Sequence record: DRR378314_1406
Direction: 5' to 3' (one strand)
Length of the DNA stretch: 20,000 nt
Positions within the stretch are counted from its first letter, which is position 1, and each line of letters opens with the position of its first letter. Made by a program: the position numbers and the translations under genes. Positions 8,739 through 16,014 of this stretch are shown here, one piece after another. The notes under the pieces were generated by a model, which was given only the letters and a program-made list of their open reading frames with translations, ran no database searches and was not told where the DNA came from.

Positions 8739-9157
8739 TTTTTGGATCCCTCCGTCACGTCGGAAGCAGGGGTTTGCAACAGATTTTCAACCTCTTCTTC
8801 TTCCTCGCTCTCCTCCTTATCACCTTCTTCCTCTCTCTCCTCCTTATCACCAAACCCTTTGGTCTGAGGTTTCAGGCCGGCAACAAAGGTGGCCTGGGCA
8901 AGGGCGTAGGTTGAGGTGGGCCCGGTAATAAACAGAAAGGCCACAATAAACAGCAGCTTGACTGTCACCAAGGAGATGCCGCTTTGTAAAGCCAGACCAC
9001 CACAAATCAGGAAGGAGGCCAATGTGTCAGCCATACCGCCAGCATGAATACGGGTATACAGATCTGGAAATTTTAACAGGCCATAGCCGGTAATTAGAAC
9101 AAAGAAACAGCCAACGAGCATCAAGGCCCAGGTGCCAATATCGAGAATTAACTCCAT
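8735..9157 (-). CDS. mrpG: Mrp antiporter subunit G with acidic C-terminal tail
   Basis: GLLKFPDLYTRIHA motif. Confidence 0.9.
   Translation of the reverse strand: MELILDIGTWALMLVGCFFVLITGYGLLKFPDLYTRIHAGGMADTLASFLICGGLALQSGISLVTVKLLFIVAFLFITGPTSTYALAQATFVAGLKPQTKGFGDKEEREEEGDKEESEEEEEVENLLQTPASDVTEGSKK
8798..8851. repeat. 27-bp tandem duplication (2 copies, 1 mismatch) in the mrpG tail
   Basis: ttcttcctcgctctcctccttatcacc (8798-8824) and ttcttcctctctctcctccttatcacc (8825-8851); encodes GDKEEREEE-GDKEESEEE. Confidence 0.9.
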
Positions 9158-9450
9158 CAGTCGTCTCCTCCTTTGGCGCGGGAGAAGCCACGGCGCAGGG
9201 TGCCGAACTTGAAATATTTGAGCACCGCCAAGGTGGCGATGAAGTTCATCAGCGCATAGACAATGGCCAGATCGAGAAAATCAGGACGTCCGTTCATAAA
9301 GCCGACGACAGCGATCAGCAACACGGTTTTCGTGCCGATCGCATTCACCGCCAAAATCCGGTCATAGGAGGTTGGACCCAGTAGCGCCCGGGCCAGGGCC
9401 ATGGCAACACTGACCAGAATGGCAATGGCGGTGACAGCAAAAATAGTCAT
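9157..9450 (-). CDS. mrpF: Mrp antiporter subunit F
   Basis: R...GPT.YDRILAVN and LDLAIVYAL motifs. Confidence 0.92.
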   Translation of the reverse strand: MTIFAVTAIAILVSVAMALARALLGPTSYDRILAVNAIGTKTVLLIAVVGFMNGRPDFLDLAIVYALMNFIATLAVLKYFKFGTLRRGFSRAKGGDD

Positions 9451-9920
9451 GTTTCCCCCATAACGCGGGTTACACGTTGATCCATGTCACCGCTTTTGAC
9501 GCCCTCAGCAGATGCTTTGGTGAGGGCATGAACAAGAATATTGTCTTCATAAAGATCAACAGTCACTGTGCCCGGTGTCAGAGTCACGGAGTTCGCATAT
9601 ATCACTTTGCCAAGATCACTTTTTTGGGAAATGGAGGAGACAAAGAGGCTCGGCCGGAGATATTTTTTCGGGAAAAGAACACATTTAGCAACATCGATAT
9701 TGGCTTTCACAATCTCTATGATCAGCCAGATCCAGTAGAAAACCACCTGAACGCCAAGTTGTACCGGCAGGCCTTCATGATCGATCACGTCCATGCGGCG
9801 GGCTATCAAGGCGACCAAAATGCAAGAGGCAATTCCGAAGCCGATGATCAACGGGGTGTAAATACCGGATAATAACAGCCATACGGCCATAAGAACCAAA
9901 ATCAGGCTGACAGTTCTCAA
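9447..9920 (-). CDS. mrpE: Mrp antiporter subunit E
   Basis: WLLLSG, EIVKANIDVA, ANSVTLTPGT motifs. TTG start with purine-rich SD. Confidence 0.92.
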   Translation of the reverse strand: MRTVSLILVLMAVWLLLSGIYTPLIIGFGIASCILVALIARRMDVIDHEGLPVQLGVQVVFYWIWLIIEIVKANIDVAKCVLFPKKYLRPSLFVSSISQKSDLGKVIYANSVTLTPGTVTVDLYEDNILVHALTKASAEGVKSGDMDQRVTRVMGET

Positions 9921-10017
9921 GCTTCTTTCCCCTTATGTCTTGAATGGCAGTCATGTTTTTTATCAGTGTATGCCACGAGCGGACGGGACCTGCAAGACGC
10001 ATCATTTATTTTGTGAC

Positions 10018-10046
10018 TAGATAAGAACTGGTGAGAAGATTCTCAA
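10018..10046 (-). promoter_or_regulatory. Putative sigma70 promoter of the mrp operon (TTGAGA-N17-TATCTA)
   Basis: Hexamers at 17-nt spacing about 100 nt upstream of mrpE. The -35 overlaps a GANTC site. Confidence 0.45.
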
Positions 10047-10200
10047 GAAAAAAAGCGTGATTCTCCTGATTCTCAAGTTGGATTTATTATTTAATCGGAT
10101 TTAATTCAATTTTTAGCTTTATTTATCGAAAATTTCGTTTTTATTCTGAAGAAATGCCTTATACTAGATGACATATACAAAAAATAAGATTAACCTAATA

Positions 10201-10229
10201 TTGCTATGAGGTCGATCTAAGGGTAGGTT
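10201..10229 (+). promoter_or_regulatory. Putative sigma70 promoter of the csp gene (TTGCTA-N17-TAGGTT)
   Basis: 17-nt spacing, -12T/-11A/-7T present. A TTAACC half-site lies at 10190-10195. Confidence 0.4.
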
Positions 10230-10271
10230 CATAGTTGGGGGATGTCGTTCACTTTCAGTGGGAGTAACCCA

Positions 10272-10835
10272 ATGTCAGGCAAGGTTGAGCAGTTGCATAA
10301 GAGTGCTGAAGTGGGTACAGAGTTTACAAGCGAAGAAGAAACCTTTGAGAAGAAAGGCCGGGTTAAATGGTTTAACACGGTGAAAGGTTTTGGGTTTCTT
10401 GTCCCGGAAGATGATCAGGGCGATATTTTCCTGCATCTTTCCTGTTTGCGGGAGAGCGGCCATGAATATGTGGCCGAAGGGGTCACCGTCAGTTGCCAGG
10501 TGGCGCGGCGGGGCAAAGGTCTCCAGGCAATTAAAATCCTTGATATTGATACTTCGACGGCAGTTCCCTTTCTGCCAAGTCCGGTCAAAGCCTCCAATGT
10601 GGAACGGCATCCGTCCTTGAAGGCGGAAGGGGATTTTGTTGAAACCGTGGTCAAATGGTTTGATCCTGTGAAGGGGTATGGCTTTTTAACCCGCGGTGAA
10701 GGTACCCAGGATATCTTCATTCATATGGAAACTATCCGGAGTGAAGGGGTTATGCCTATTCAAGCCGGACAAACCTTGCGGGTTCGTGTGGGCGAAAGCG
10801 ATAAAGGCCCGCAGGTTGCGGAAATCGAAAGATAG
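10272..10835 (+). CDS. Cold-shock protein with two tandem CSD domains
   Basis: Two copies of VKWF...KG(F/Y)GFL (RNP1) and DIF(L/I)H (RNP2). GGGAG SD before ATG 10272; alternative start 10242. Confidence 0.93.
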   Translation: MSGKVEQLHKSAEVGTEFTSEEETFEKKGRVKWFNTVKGFGFLVPEDDQGDIFLHLSCLRESGHEYVAEGVTVSCQVARRGKGLQAIKILDIDTSTAVPFLPSPVKASNVERHPSLKAEGDFVETVVKWFDPVKGYGFLTRGEGTQDIFIHMETIRSEGVMPIQAGQTLRVRVGESDKGPQVAEIER

Positions 10836-10869
10836 CAACTCTTTCTACTATGCATTTTATCTGAAGACT

Positions 10870-10902
10870 AAAAAGCGGGCTTTGTGGCCCGCCTTTTATT
10901 TT
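10870..10902. terminator. Intrinsic terminator, probably bidirectional
   Basis: AAAAA-GCGGGC-tttgtg-GCCCGC-CTTTTATTTT between the convergent csp and thiY genes. Confidence 0.8.
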
Positions 10903-10987
10903 GATCTGCAAACCGGGAATATCGATCATCAGTCGGAAAGGGATAGAAGCCCTTTTTGGCTCATACCCAAATTCCCCGGCTATTCCT

Positions 10988-11018
10988 TTATTTCACTTCA
11001 GTCCCTTATTTCACTTCA
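10988..11018. repeat. Direct repeat TTATTTCACTTCA x2 (18-bp period) duplicating the thiY 3' end and stop codon
   Basis: Copies at 10988-11000 and 11006-11018. Confidence 0.85.
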
Positions 11019-11950
11019 ATCGCATAATCGGATACCGGTTTAACCGCATCAATGAGGCCGGCCGTTTTCAGGAAACTGGCAAATCGGCTGTAGCGATTGG
11101 TATCCAGTGCAGCCGGACGCAGGGCAAAGCGGGGCAGTGTGTCAGCCCAGGCACGTTTGTTCAGTTCATCATCCAGATCCGGATATGTGTTGATAAAGGC
11201 TTGATAGGCATCATCCGGATGGTTCACCAGATACTGCACGGCCTCTTCCAGCGCGCTCAGGAACGGGGCAAAGCGCGGATCGTCCAGATTTCCTGAATTG
11301 GCAACCAGGATCAATTCATCATAGGCAGGGATCCCTTCTTCTTCTGGATAAAAAGCCCGGCCCGGATTTCCTTCGATATCCATCTGGTTAAGCTCAAAAT
11401 TACGAAAGGCCCCAATAACGGCATCTACCTTGCCCGCTAAAATAGACGGGGACAGGCTGAAATTTACATTGATCAGCTCAATATCGGAGATGTCCAGGCC
11501 ATGATTTTGCAGCATGGCCTGCAGCAATGCACTTTCAAAGCCGCCGACTGAAAACCCGACTTTCTTACCCTTGAGGTCTTTGATGGTTTTAATCGGGCCG
11601 CTTTTCAGGACCACAAGGCTGTTGAGCGGTGTGGCAACAAGGGTGCCAATGCGTTTCAAGGGTAACCCTTCGCCGACCTGAACATGCAGTTGCGGCTGAT
11701 AGGAGACGGCGATCGTTGCTTTACCGGCAGCGACGAGCTTGGGCGGATCGTTCGGATCAGCAGGGGCCTTTAGCTCAACATCCAGGCCGTGTTTGGCAAA
11801 GAAACCTTTCTCCTTGGCAATCACCAGCGTTGCATGGTCGGGATTAACGAACCAGTCCAGCAGCACTGTCATTTTTTCTGCGGATGCAGCCGACGGATTT
11901 GCTGTTGCAATAAAGGCGGCACTGGCCGCCATGATAAGTTTCTTGATCAT
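11006..11950 (-). CDS. thiY: NMT1/THI5-family ABC substrate-binding protein (HMP/FAMP uptake)
   Basis: Signal peptide; LDWFVNPDH, DPPKLVAAGK, FRNFELNQM motifs; downstream of a TPP riboswitch. Start 11950 has a GGAG SD. Confidence 0.88.
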   Translation of the reverse strand: MIKKLIMAASAAFIATANPSAASAEKMTVLLDWFVNPDHATLVIAKEKGFFAKHGLDVELKAPADPNDPPKLVAAGKATIAVSYQPQLHVQVGEGLPLKRIGTLVATPLNSLVVLKSGPIKTIKDLKGKKVGFSVGGFESALLQAMLQNHGLDISDIELINVNFSLSPSILAGKVDAVIGAFRNFELNQMDIEGNPGRAFYPEEEGIPAYDELILVANSGNLDDPRFAPFLSALEEAVQYLVNHPDDAYQAFINTYPDLDDELNKRAWADTLPRFALRPAALDTNRYSRFASFLKTAGLIDAVKPVSDYAIEVK

Positions 11951-11989
11951 TGACACACTCCGTTTCATCAATTGATTTTTTTTGAATAA

Positions 11990-12748
11990 TCATGTCCAGG
12001 TGACGGCTCGCTTCAGAAGAAAATCCACGAGGTAATATAAAGAGATTGCAAGAAGCGCTAAGGTGAAGAGGCTGGCAAACATCAGGTCGGTCTGCATGCG
12101 ACCGTTCGCATGAAGCATGAGATATCCAAGACCGGCGGAGGAGCCAACCCATTCACCTACGACCGCGCCGATGGGAGCGACAGCGGTCGCCACCCGAATA
12201 CCCGACGCGAGCGAGGGCAGGGCAAAAGGAATTTTTAACGTGCGGTAAAGTCGGAAGGTTGCCAGCAGCCGGCCAGATTTACCCTTCGCCTGATAGAGTT
12301 TGGCCAGGTCCAGCCATTCTGGCGGTGTGCGGTTGAGCCCATCGACAAATGCCACCGTTACCGGGAAATAGATGATCAGGGTCGCCATGACGACCTTGGA
12401 CGTGATGCCATAATCGAACCAGAGCACAAGGAGCGGGGCAATGGCGAAAACCGGGACGGCCTGGCTGGCAATCAATACCGGCAGCACCCATTGCCGCACA
12501 GCCGGATGCAGGGAAACCGCCAATCCGGTTATCAACCCCAACAAGGTGCCGATTATCAGGCCAAGCAGGATTTCCAGCGCCGTGACAGAACCATGATGCA
12601 ACAGAGTCGGGTATTTTTTGGTAAATTGCAGCAGGACTTCTGCGGGGTTGGGCAATATGAATCTGGGAACATCAGTGATCCAAACCGCCAGCATCCAAAG
12701 GGCTAGCAGACCCAATAACGTAATTAAAATTTGAAAAAGGGTACGCAT
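11990..12748 (-). CDS. thiX: ABC transporter permease (SsuC/ThiX type)
   Basis: SQAVPVFAIAPLLVLWF, ALPSLASG, GAVVGEWVGSSAGLG motifs. Confidence 0.88.
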   Translation of the reverse strand: MRTLFQILITLLGLLALWMLAVWITDVPRFILPNPAEVLLQFTKKYPTLLHHGSVTALEILLGLIIGTLLGLITGLAVSLHPAVRQWVLPVLIASQAVPVFAIAPLLVLWFDYGITSKVVMATLIIYFPVTVAFVDGLNRTPPEWLDLAKLYQAKGKSGRLLATFRLYRTLKIPFALPSLASGIRVATAVAPIGAVVGEWVGSSAGLGYLMLHANGRMQTDLMFASLFTLALLAISLYYLVDFLLKRAVTWT

Positions 12749-13551
12749 CAGCTCTTCTCCGCTTCGGTCATGCCGAGAAGGTCCAGAATACGCGACTGCG
12801 GAACCAACAAGTCCGGGTCTGTGACTGACCGGGGCAACGGTGCGGGCAGGCCAGTGATTTCACTAAGACGGGCGGGGGCACCGCCAAGCACATAAACCGT
12901 ATCACCAAGGCGCAACGCCTCCATCGGGTCATGGGTCACCATGAGAACGGTTTTGCGGCGGGTCAACTCACTGAATAACGCCTGAAGTCGGTGCCGGGTA
13001 ATTGCATCAAGGGCAGAGAAAGGCTCATCCGCCAACAGCACAGGTGCATCCTCCAGCAGGGTTCTGGCCAGCGATAGGCGTTGGCGCATTCCGCCCGAAA
13101 GCGTGTCGGGTTGTTGATCCTGTTTGGCGGAAAGTCCGACCTGATCAAGGATCTCCAACGCTCTTTTCCTATCAAATTCTATGCCTTGTAGTTGACTGGA
13201 AACCCGTAGATTTTCCAAAGCTGTTGCCCAGGGCAGCAAAAGATCATTCTGCGGCATATAGGCGATACGGCCAGTTAAAGGATTAGAATCGCCGGACGTT
13301 ACAAAAGCGCCGGGGGTGAGCGGTAGAAGGCCCGCAATGGATTTCAGGATTGTGGATTTGCCAACGCCACTTGGCCCCAGCAGGCATGTTGTTTTACCGG
13401 GCGCCAACGTCAGGCGGAAATCCGCCAGAATAACCGCTGTTCCATATCTGAGTTCGGGAAAATAGAGATCAATTGCAGGTGCGTCTGCGCCTGAAGGCCT
13501 CATATCACGGATTGCAGCCGAACCGGCTGTTGATGTATCGTCTACGACCAT
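12748..13551 (-). CDS. thiZ: ABC transporter ATP-binding protein
   Basis: Walker A GPSGVGKS, LSGGMRQR, DEPFSALD, VTHD. TGATG overlap with the permease. Confidence 0.88.
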   Translation of the reverse strand: MVVDDTSTAGSAAIRDMRPSGADAPAIDLYFPELRYGTAVILADFRLTLAPGKTTCLLGPSGVGKSTILKSIAGLLPLTPGAFVTSGDSNPLTGRIAYMPQNDLLLPWATALENLRVSSQLQGIEFDRKRALEILDQVGLSAKQDQQPDTLSGGMRQRLSLARTLLEDAPVLLADEPFSALDAITRHRLQALFSELTRRKTVLMVTHDPMEALRLGDTVYVLGGAPARLSEITGLPAPLPRSVTDPDLLVPQSRILDLLGMTEAEKS

Positions 13552-13557
13552 TAAGTC

Positions 13558-13640
13558 CTCGTTCCTACGCAGGTTTTAACCTGATCAGGTCCAGGGGTCG
13601 TTTCTGAATGAAACCTCTCAGCAGCTAGGCTCCCCCCGAG
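13558..13640 (-). ncRNA. TPP (THI-box) riboswitch
   Basis: Minus strand CTCGGGGGGAGCC...GCTGAGAGG...GACCCCTGGACCTGATCAGGTTAAAACCTGCGTAGGAACGAG has the hallmarks GCUGAGA, ACCUGAU and GCGUAGGAA, with P1 CTCG/CGAG. Confidence 0.93.
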
Positions 13641-13650
13641 TAAGAGGGCA

Positions 13651-13678
13651 ACTATAGGGAATTTATAGTCCATGGCAA
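13651..13678 (-). promoter_or_regulatory. Putative sigma70 promoter of riboswitch-thiZXY (TTGCCA-N16-TATAGT)
   Basis: Predicts a start site near 13644, just 5' of riboswitch P1. Confidence 0.55.
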
Positions 13679-14124
13679 AGCAAAAAGAATTAAAGGCTCT
13701 CTGGGGTGGTCTTCTGGGTTGTGTTCTTGTGTTCTGGCTGATGGCAGGAGCAAGCGCCGAAGAGGTGATCCTGCAAACACAGGAAGGTCCTATTGCCATT
13801 GAGGCCGAGCTTGCCGATACACCGCAGAAGAGATCCCGGGGCTTGATGCATCGGGACACGATGGGGGCGAATAAGGGCATGCTGTTTGATTTCAAATTGG
13901 AACGCCAGGTTGCCATGTGGATGAAAAACACCCTGATAGAGCTGGACATGTTGTTTGCCAAAGGGGATGGAACCATCATTTTCATCAAGGAAAAAGCGCA
14001 GCCCGGTGATTTAACCACCGTTATGGCCGACGAACCGGTCAGATGGGTGCTGGAGCTGAACGGCGGGTATGCAAAGCAGCATAAAGTTCAGACTGGCGAC
14101 CGGCTGATTTTTCCGCCACAATAA
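13672..14124 (+). CDS. DUF192 family exported protein
   Basis: Signal peptide; ELADTP..R.RGLM.R, GMLFDF, MWMKNTLIELDMLF, VLELNGG motifs. Confidence 0.92.
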   Translation: MAKQKELKALWGGLLGCVLVFWLMAGASAEEVILQTQEGPIAIEAELADTPQKRSRGLMHRDTMGANKGMLFDFKLERQVAMWMKNTLIELDMLFAKGDGTIIFIKEKAQPGDLTTVMADEPVRWVLELNGGYAKQHKVQTGDRLIFPPQ

Positions 14125-14158
14125 TCAAAAATCAGAAAAACGAGTGTTAATTACGCCT

Positions 14159-14617
14159 ATGTCAGATCACCAGATGTCAGAATTCACAATCCCCGAAGGA
14201 TTTGAAGAGGTTCACGGGCATGCCGCCTTTGCGACCCGAAACGGTCCCTACTTTGAAAAAATAGTGGATGAGCACCGCCTTGTTCGAGCCTTTGTCGCCG
14301 ATCAGCGCCATTTGAACGGGCTGCAATATGTTCATGGGGGGATGCTGATGACCTTTGCCGACAGTTCTTTGGCACGAGCAATGAATCATGCGACGGGAAA
14401 ACGCGGCGTGACCCTTAAAATGAATTCAGAATTCCTGCGCCCGGTGAAGAAAGGTGATTTTGTCGAAGCTCATTGCGAATTGGTCCGAGATACCCGGAGT
14501 ATTGCCTTCGTTCGGGGCGTGTTGAAGGTTGGGCAACATGTGGTGTTCAAGACGGATGCGATTTTTCAATATGTCCGGTTGGACAAAATCGCCCAAAAAA
14601 GTCGGCAGCCGTCATAA
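14159..14617 (+). CDS. PaaI-family hotdog-fold thioesterase
   Basis: [18 protein letters not shown] and EFLRPVK.GD motifs. Start uncertain (14144/14159/14174). Confidence 0.88.
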   Translation: MSDHQMSEFTIPEGFEEVHGHAAFATRNGPYFEKIVDEHRLVRAFVADQRHLNGLQYVHGGMLMTFADSSLARAMNHATGKRGVTLKMNSEFLRPVKKGDFVEAHCELVRDTRSIAFVRGVLKVGQHVVFKTDAIFQYVRLDKIAQKSRQPS

Positions 14618-14652
14618 ATTTTCAATTTTTGAAAAAAAATGCAATAATTCGC

Positions 14653-14681
14653 TTGCAGCCATGCGATCAAACGTGTAATTC
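14653..14681 (+). promoter_or_regulatory. Putative tRNA-Pro promoter (TTGCAG-N17-TAATTC) with AT-rich upstream element
   Basis: Spacing and position 15 nt before the tRNA; A/T tracts at about 14616-14640. Confidence 0.5.
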
Positions 14682-14696
14682 AACGCCACAGCCGAT

Positions 14697-14773
14697 CGGG
14701 GCATAGCACAGCCTGGTAGTGCGCTCGCTTTGGGAGCGAGAGGTCGCAAGTTCGAATCTTGCTGCCCCGACCA
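14697..14773 (+). tRNA. tRNA-Pro (TGG)
   Basis: CGGGGCA...TGCCCCG acceptor stem, anticodon arm CTCGC-ttTGGga-GCGAG, GTTCGAATC T-loop, encoded CCA. Confidence 0.97.
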
Positions 14774-14775
14774 AC

Positions 14776-14813
14776 AAAAAGCCTTTCAAGTGAACCGCTT
14801 GAGAGGCTTTTTT
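14776..14813 (+). terminator. Intrinsic terminator after tRNA-Pro
   Basis: GCCTTTCAAG-tgaaccg-CTTGAGAGGC-TTTTTT. Confidence 0.85.
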
Positions 14814-14927
14814 GCTATCTAAACTTTACAAATCCATGAAATCAACACCAAAAAGTCCGGGAGCACTTCCTTTTGCCTAAATCAGGCCGTAAACTAACCT
14901 CTATCACTGATGGGAGGTGAAATCGGA

Positions 14928-15551
14928 ATGAAATTGGGAATTACGATGGGTAAGAGCAGGTTTATGGGGGTCAAAAGAGCTGTGACAGCCTTTGGCGTGA
15001 TCGTCTCATTGGGCGTTGGTTCTGCCGCCGCCATGGACGGTGCGCAGCCTATGTCGCCGCAACCGGCAGCAGACAGCCTGAAGCCAGGTCTTGCTGTGAC
15101 CTATTACGGGGTCAAGCTGAACAGTATCGAGCAGTTCATCGAATGGATGGACTATGAAAAAGGAAAACCGGGGGAGCCAATTCCCATGCTGAATTATCAG
15201 GTCGGGCAGGGGGCTGTTCTGACCCAGACAGCAACGGATCTTGTTGGCGCGGATATCAAAGGGCTCATCCATTTTAAGACCACCGGGACCTATACCTTTA
15301 TGGTCCATTCCAATGACGGTGTGCGGGTGACCATTGGCGGCAAGATGATCCATGAAGATCCGGACGTTCATGGAGATCGGTTTTCCGATGAAATAAAACT
15401 TGAGATTTCCGAGCCGGGCTGGTATCCGGTGCATATTCTTTACTTTGAGAAGAAAAATACGGCTACCTTGGAGCTTTACTGGGATCCGCCGGGGCCTGAG
15501 GAAATTGATTATGTGCCGGCCGCGGCATTTGCACATACCGGGAATGAATGA
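14928..15551 (+). CDS. Secreted single PA14-domain protein
   Basis: Signal peptide; LKPGLAVTYY, GLI....TGTYTF.VHSNDGVRVTIGG...GWYPVHILYFE....ATLELYW motifs. GGAGG SD before 14928; start uncertain. Confidence 0.8.
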   Translation: MKLGITMGKSRFMGVKRAVTAFGVIVSLGVGSAAAMDGAQPMSPQPAADSLKPGLAVTYYGVKLNSIEQFIEWMDYEKGKPGEPIPMLNYQVGQGAVLTQTATDLVGADIKGLIHFKTTGTYTFMVHSNDGVRVTIGGKMIHEDPDVHGDRFSDEIKLEISEPGWYPVHILYFEKKNTATLELYWDPPGPEEIDYVPAAAFAHTGNE

Positions 15552-15856
15552 GCATGAATGAGATTGCCAGAATTTACCGACCTGCCAAGAATGCGATGCA
15601 GTCTGGACGGGGAAAGTTGAAAAAATGGGTGTTGGAATACACACCCTCCGACGCCCGTTTTGCTGATCCGCTAATGGGATGGACCGGGTCTTGTGATATG
15701 AACTCTCAGATTACCCTGAAGTTCGAAGATAAGGAAAGCGCCGTCGCTTTTTGCGAGACGAAAAACATTCCTTACCAGATCGCAGAACCCAAAGAGCGGA
15801 AACTCAACATCAAAGCCTACGCGGATAACTTTTCATCCGGCCGCGTACTGGGCTGA
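15548..15856 (+). CDS. ETC complex I subunit, NDUFS4-like (alphaproteobacterial)
   Basis: ARIYRPAKNAMQSG, DPLMGWTGS.D..SQ..L.F...E.A..F, K.YADNF motifs. Confidence 0.93.
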   Translation: MSMNEIARIYRPAKNAMQSGRGKLKKWVLEYTPSDARFADPLMGWTGSCDMNSQITLKFEDKESAVAFCETKNIPYQIAEPKERKLNIKAYADNFSSGRVLG

Positions 15857-15881
15857 TCAGCCGGCCCAAAAAGCCGACTAA

Positions 15882-15958
15882 GGCCCCTTAGCTCAGTTGG
15901 ATAGAGCAACAGACTTCTAATCTGTAGGTCGCACGTTCGAATCGTGCAGGGGTCGCCA
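15882..15958 (+). tRNA. tRNA-Arg (TCT)
   Basis: GGCCCCT...AGGGGTC acceptor stem, anticodon arm ACAGA-ctTCTaa-TCTGT, T-loop, encoded CCA. Confidence 0.97.
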
Positions 15959-15964
15959 ATATTC

Positions 15965-16002
15965 AAAAGGCAGCGAGACAGGATTGTCCCGCTGCCTTTT
16001 TT
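15965..16002. terminator. Intrinsic terminator, probably bidirectional (tRNA-Arg / nuclease)
   Basis: AAAA-GGCAGCGAGACA-ggat-TGTCCCGCTGCC-TTTTTT. Confidence 0.85.
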
Positions 16003-16014
16003 GATAAACTGAGA

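Noticed and set aside
2366-9920. Membrane arm of complex I or an energy-converting hydrogenase
   Set aside because: MrpE/F/G/B/C are present, and no NuoH-like or Fe-S/catalytic subunits are adjacent.
10091-10104. TTAA-N6-TTAA as a second CtrA box
   Set aside because: Spacing is 6 rather than 7, in a very AT-rich tract where such matches arise by chance.
13551-14018. 155-aa minus-strand ORF abutting thiZ
   Set aside because: Antisense shadow of DUF192 that runs through the TPP riboswitch.
15006-15644. 212-aa minus-strand ORF
   Set aside because: Antisense to the PA14 and NDUFS4 genes, with no motifs.
14697-15958. Prophage or integrative element at either tRNA
   Set aside because: No integrase and no duplicated tRNA 3' end found by eye in the window.
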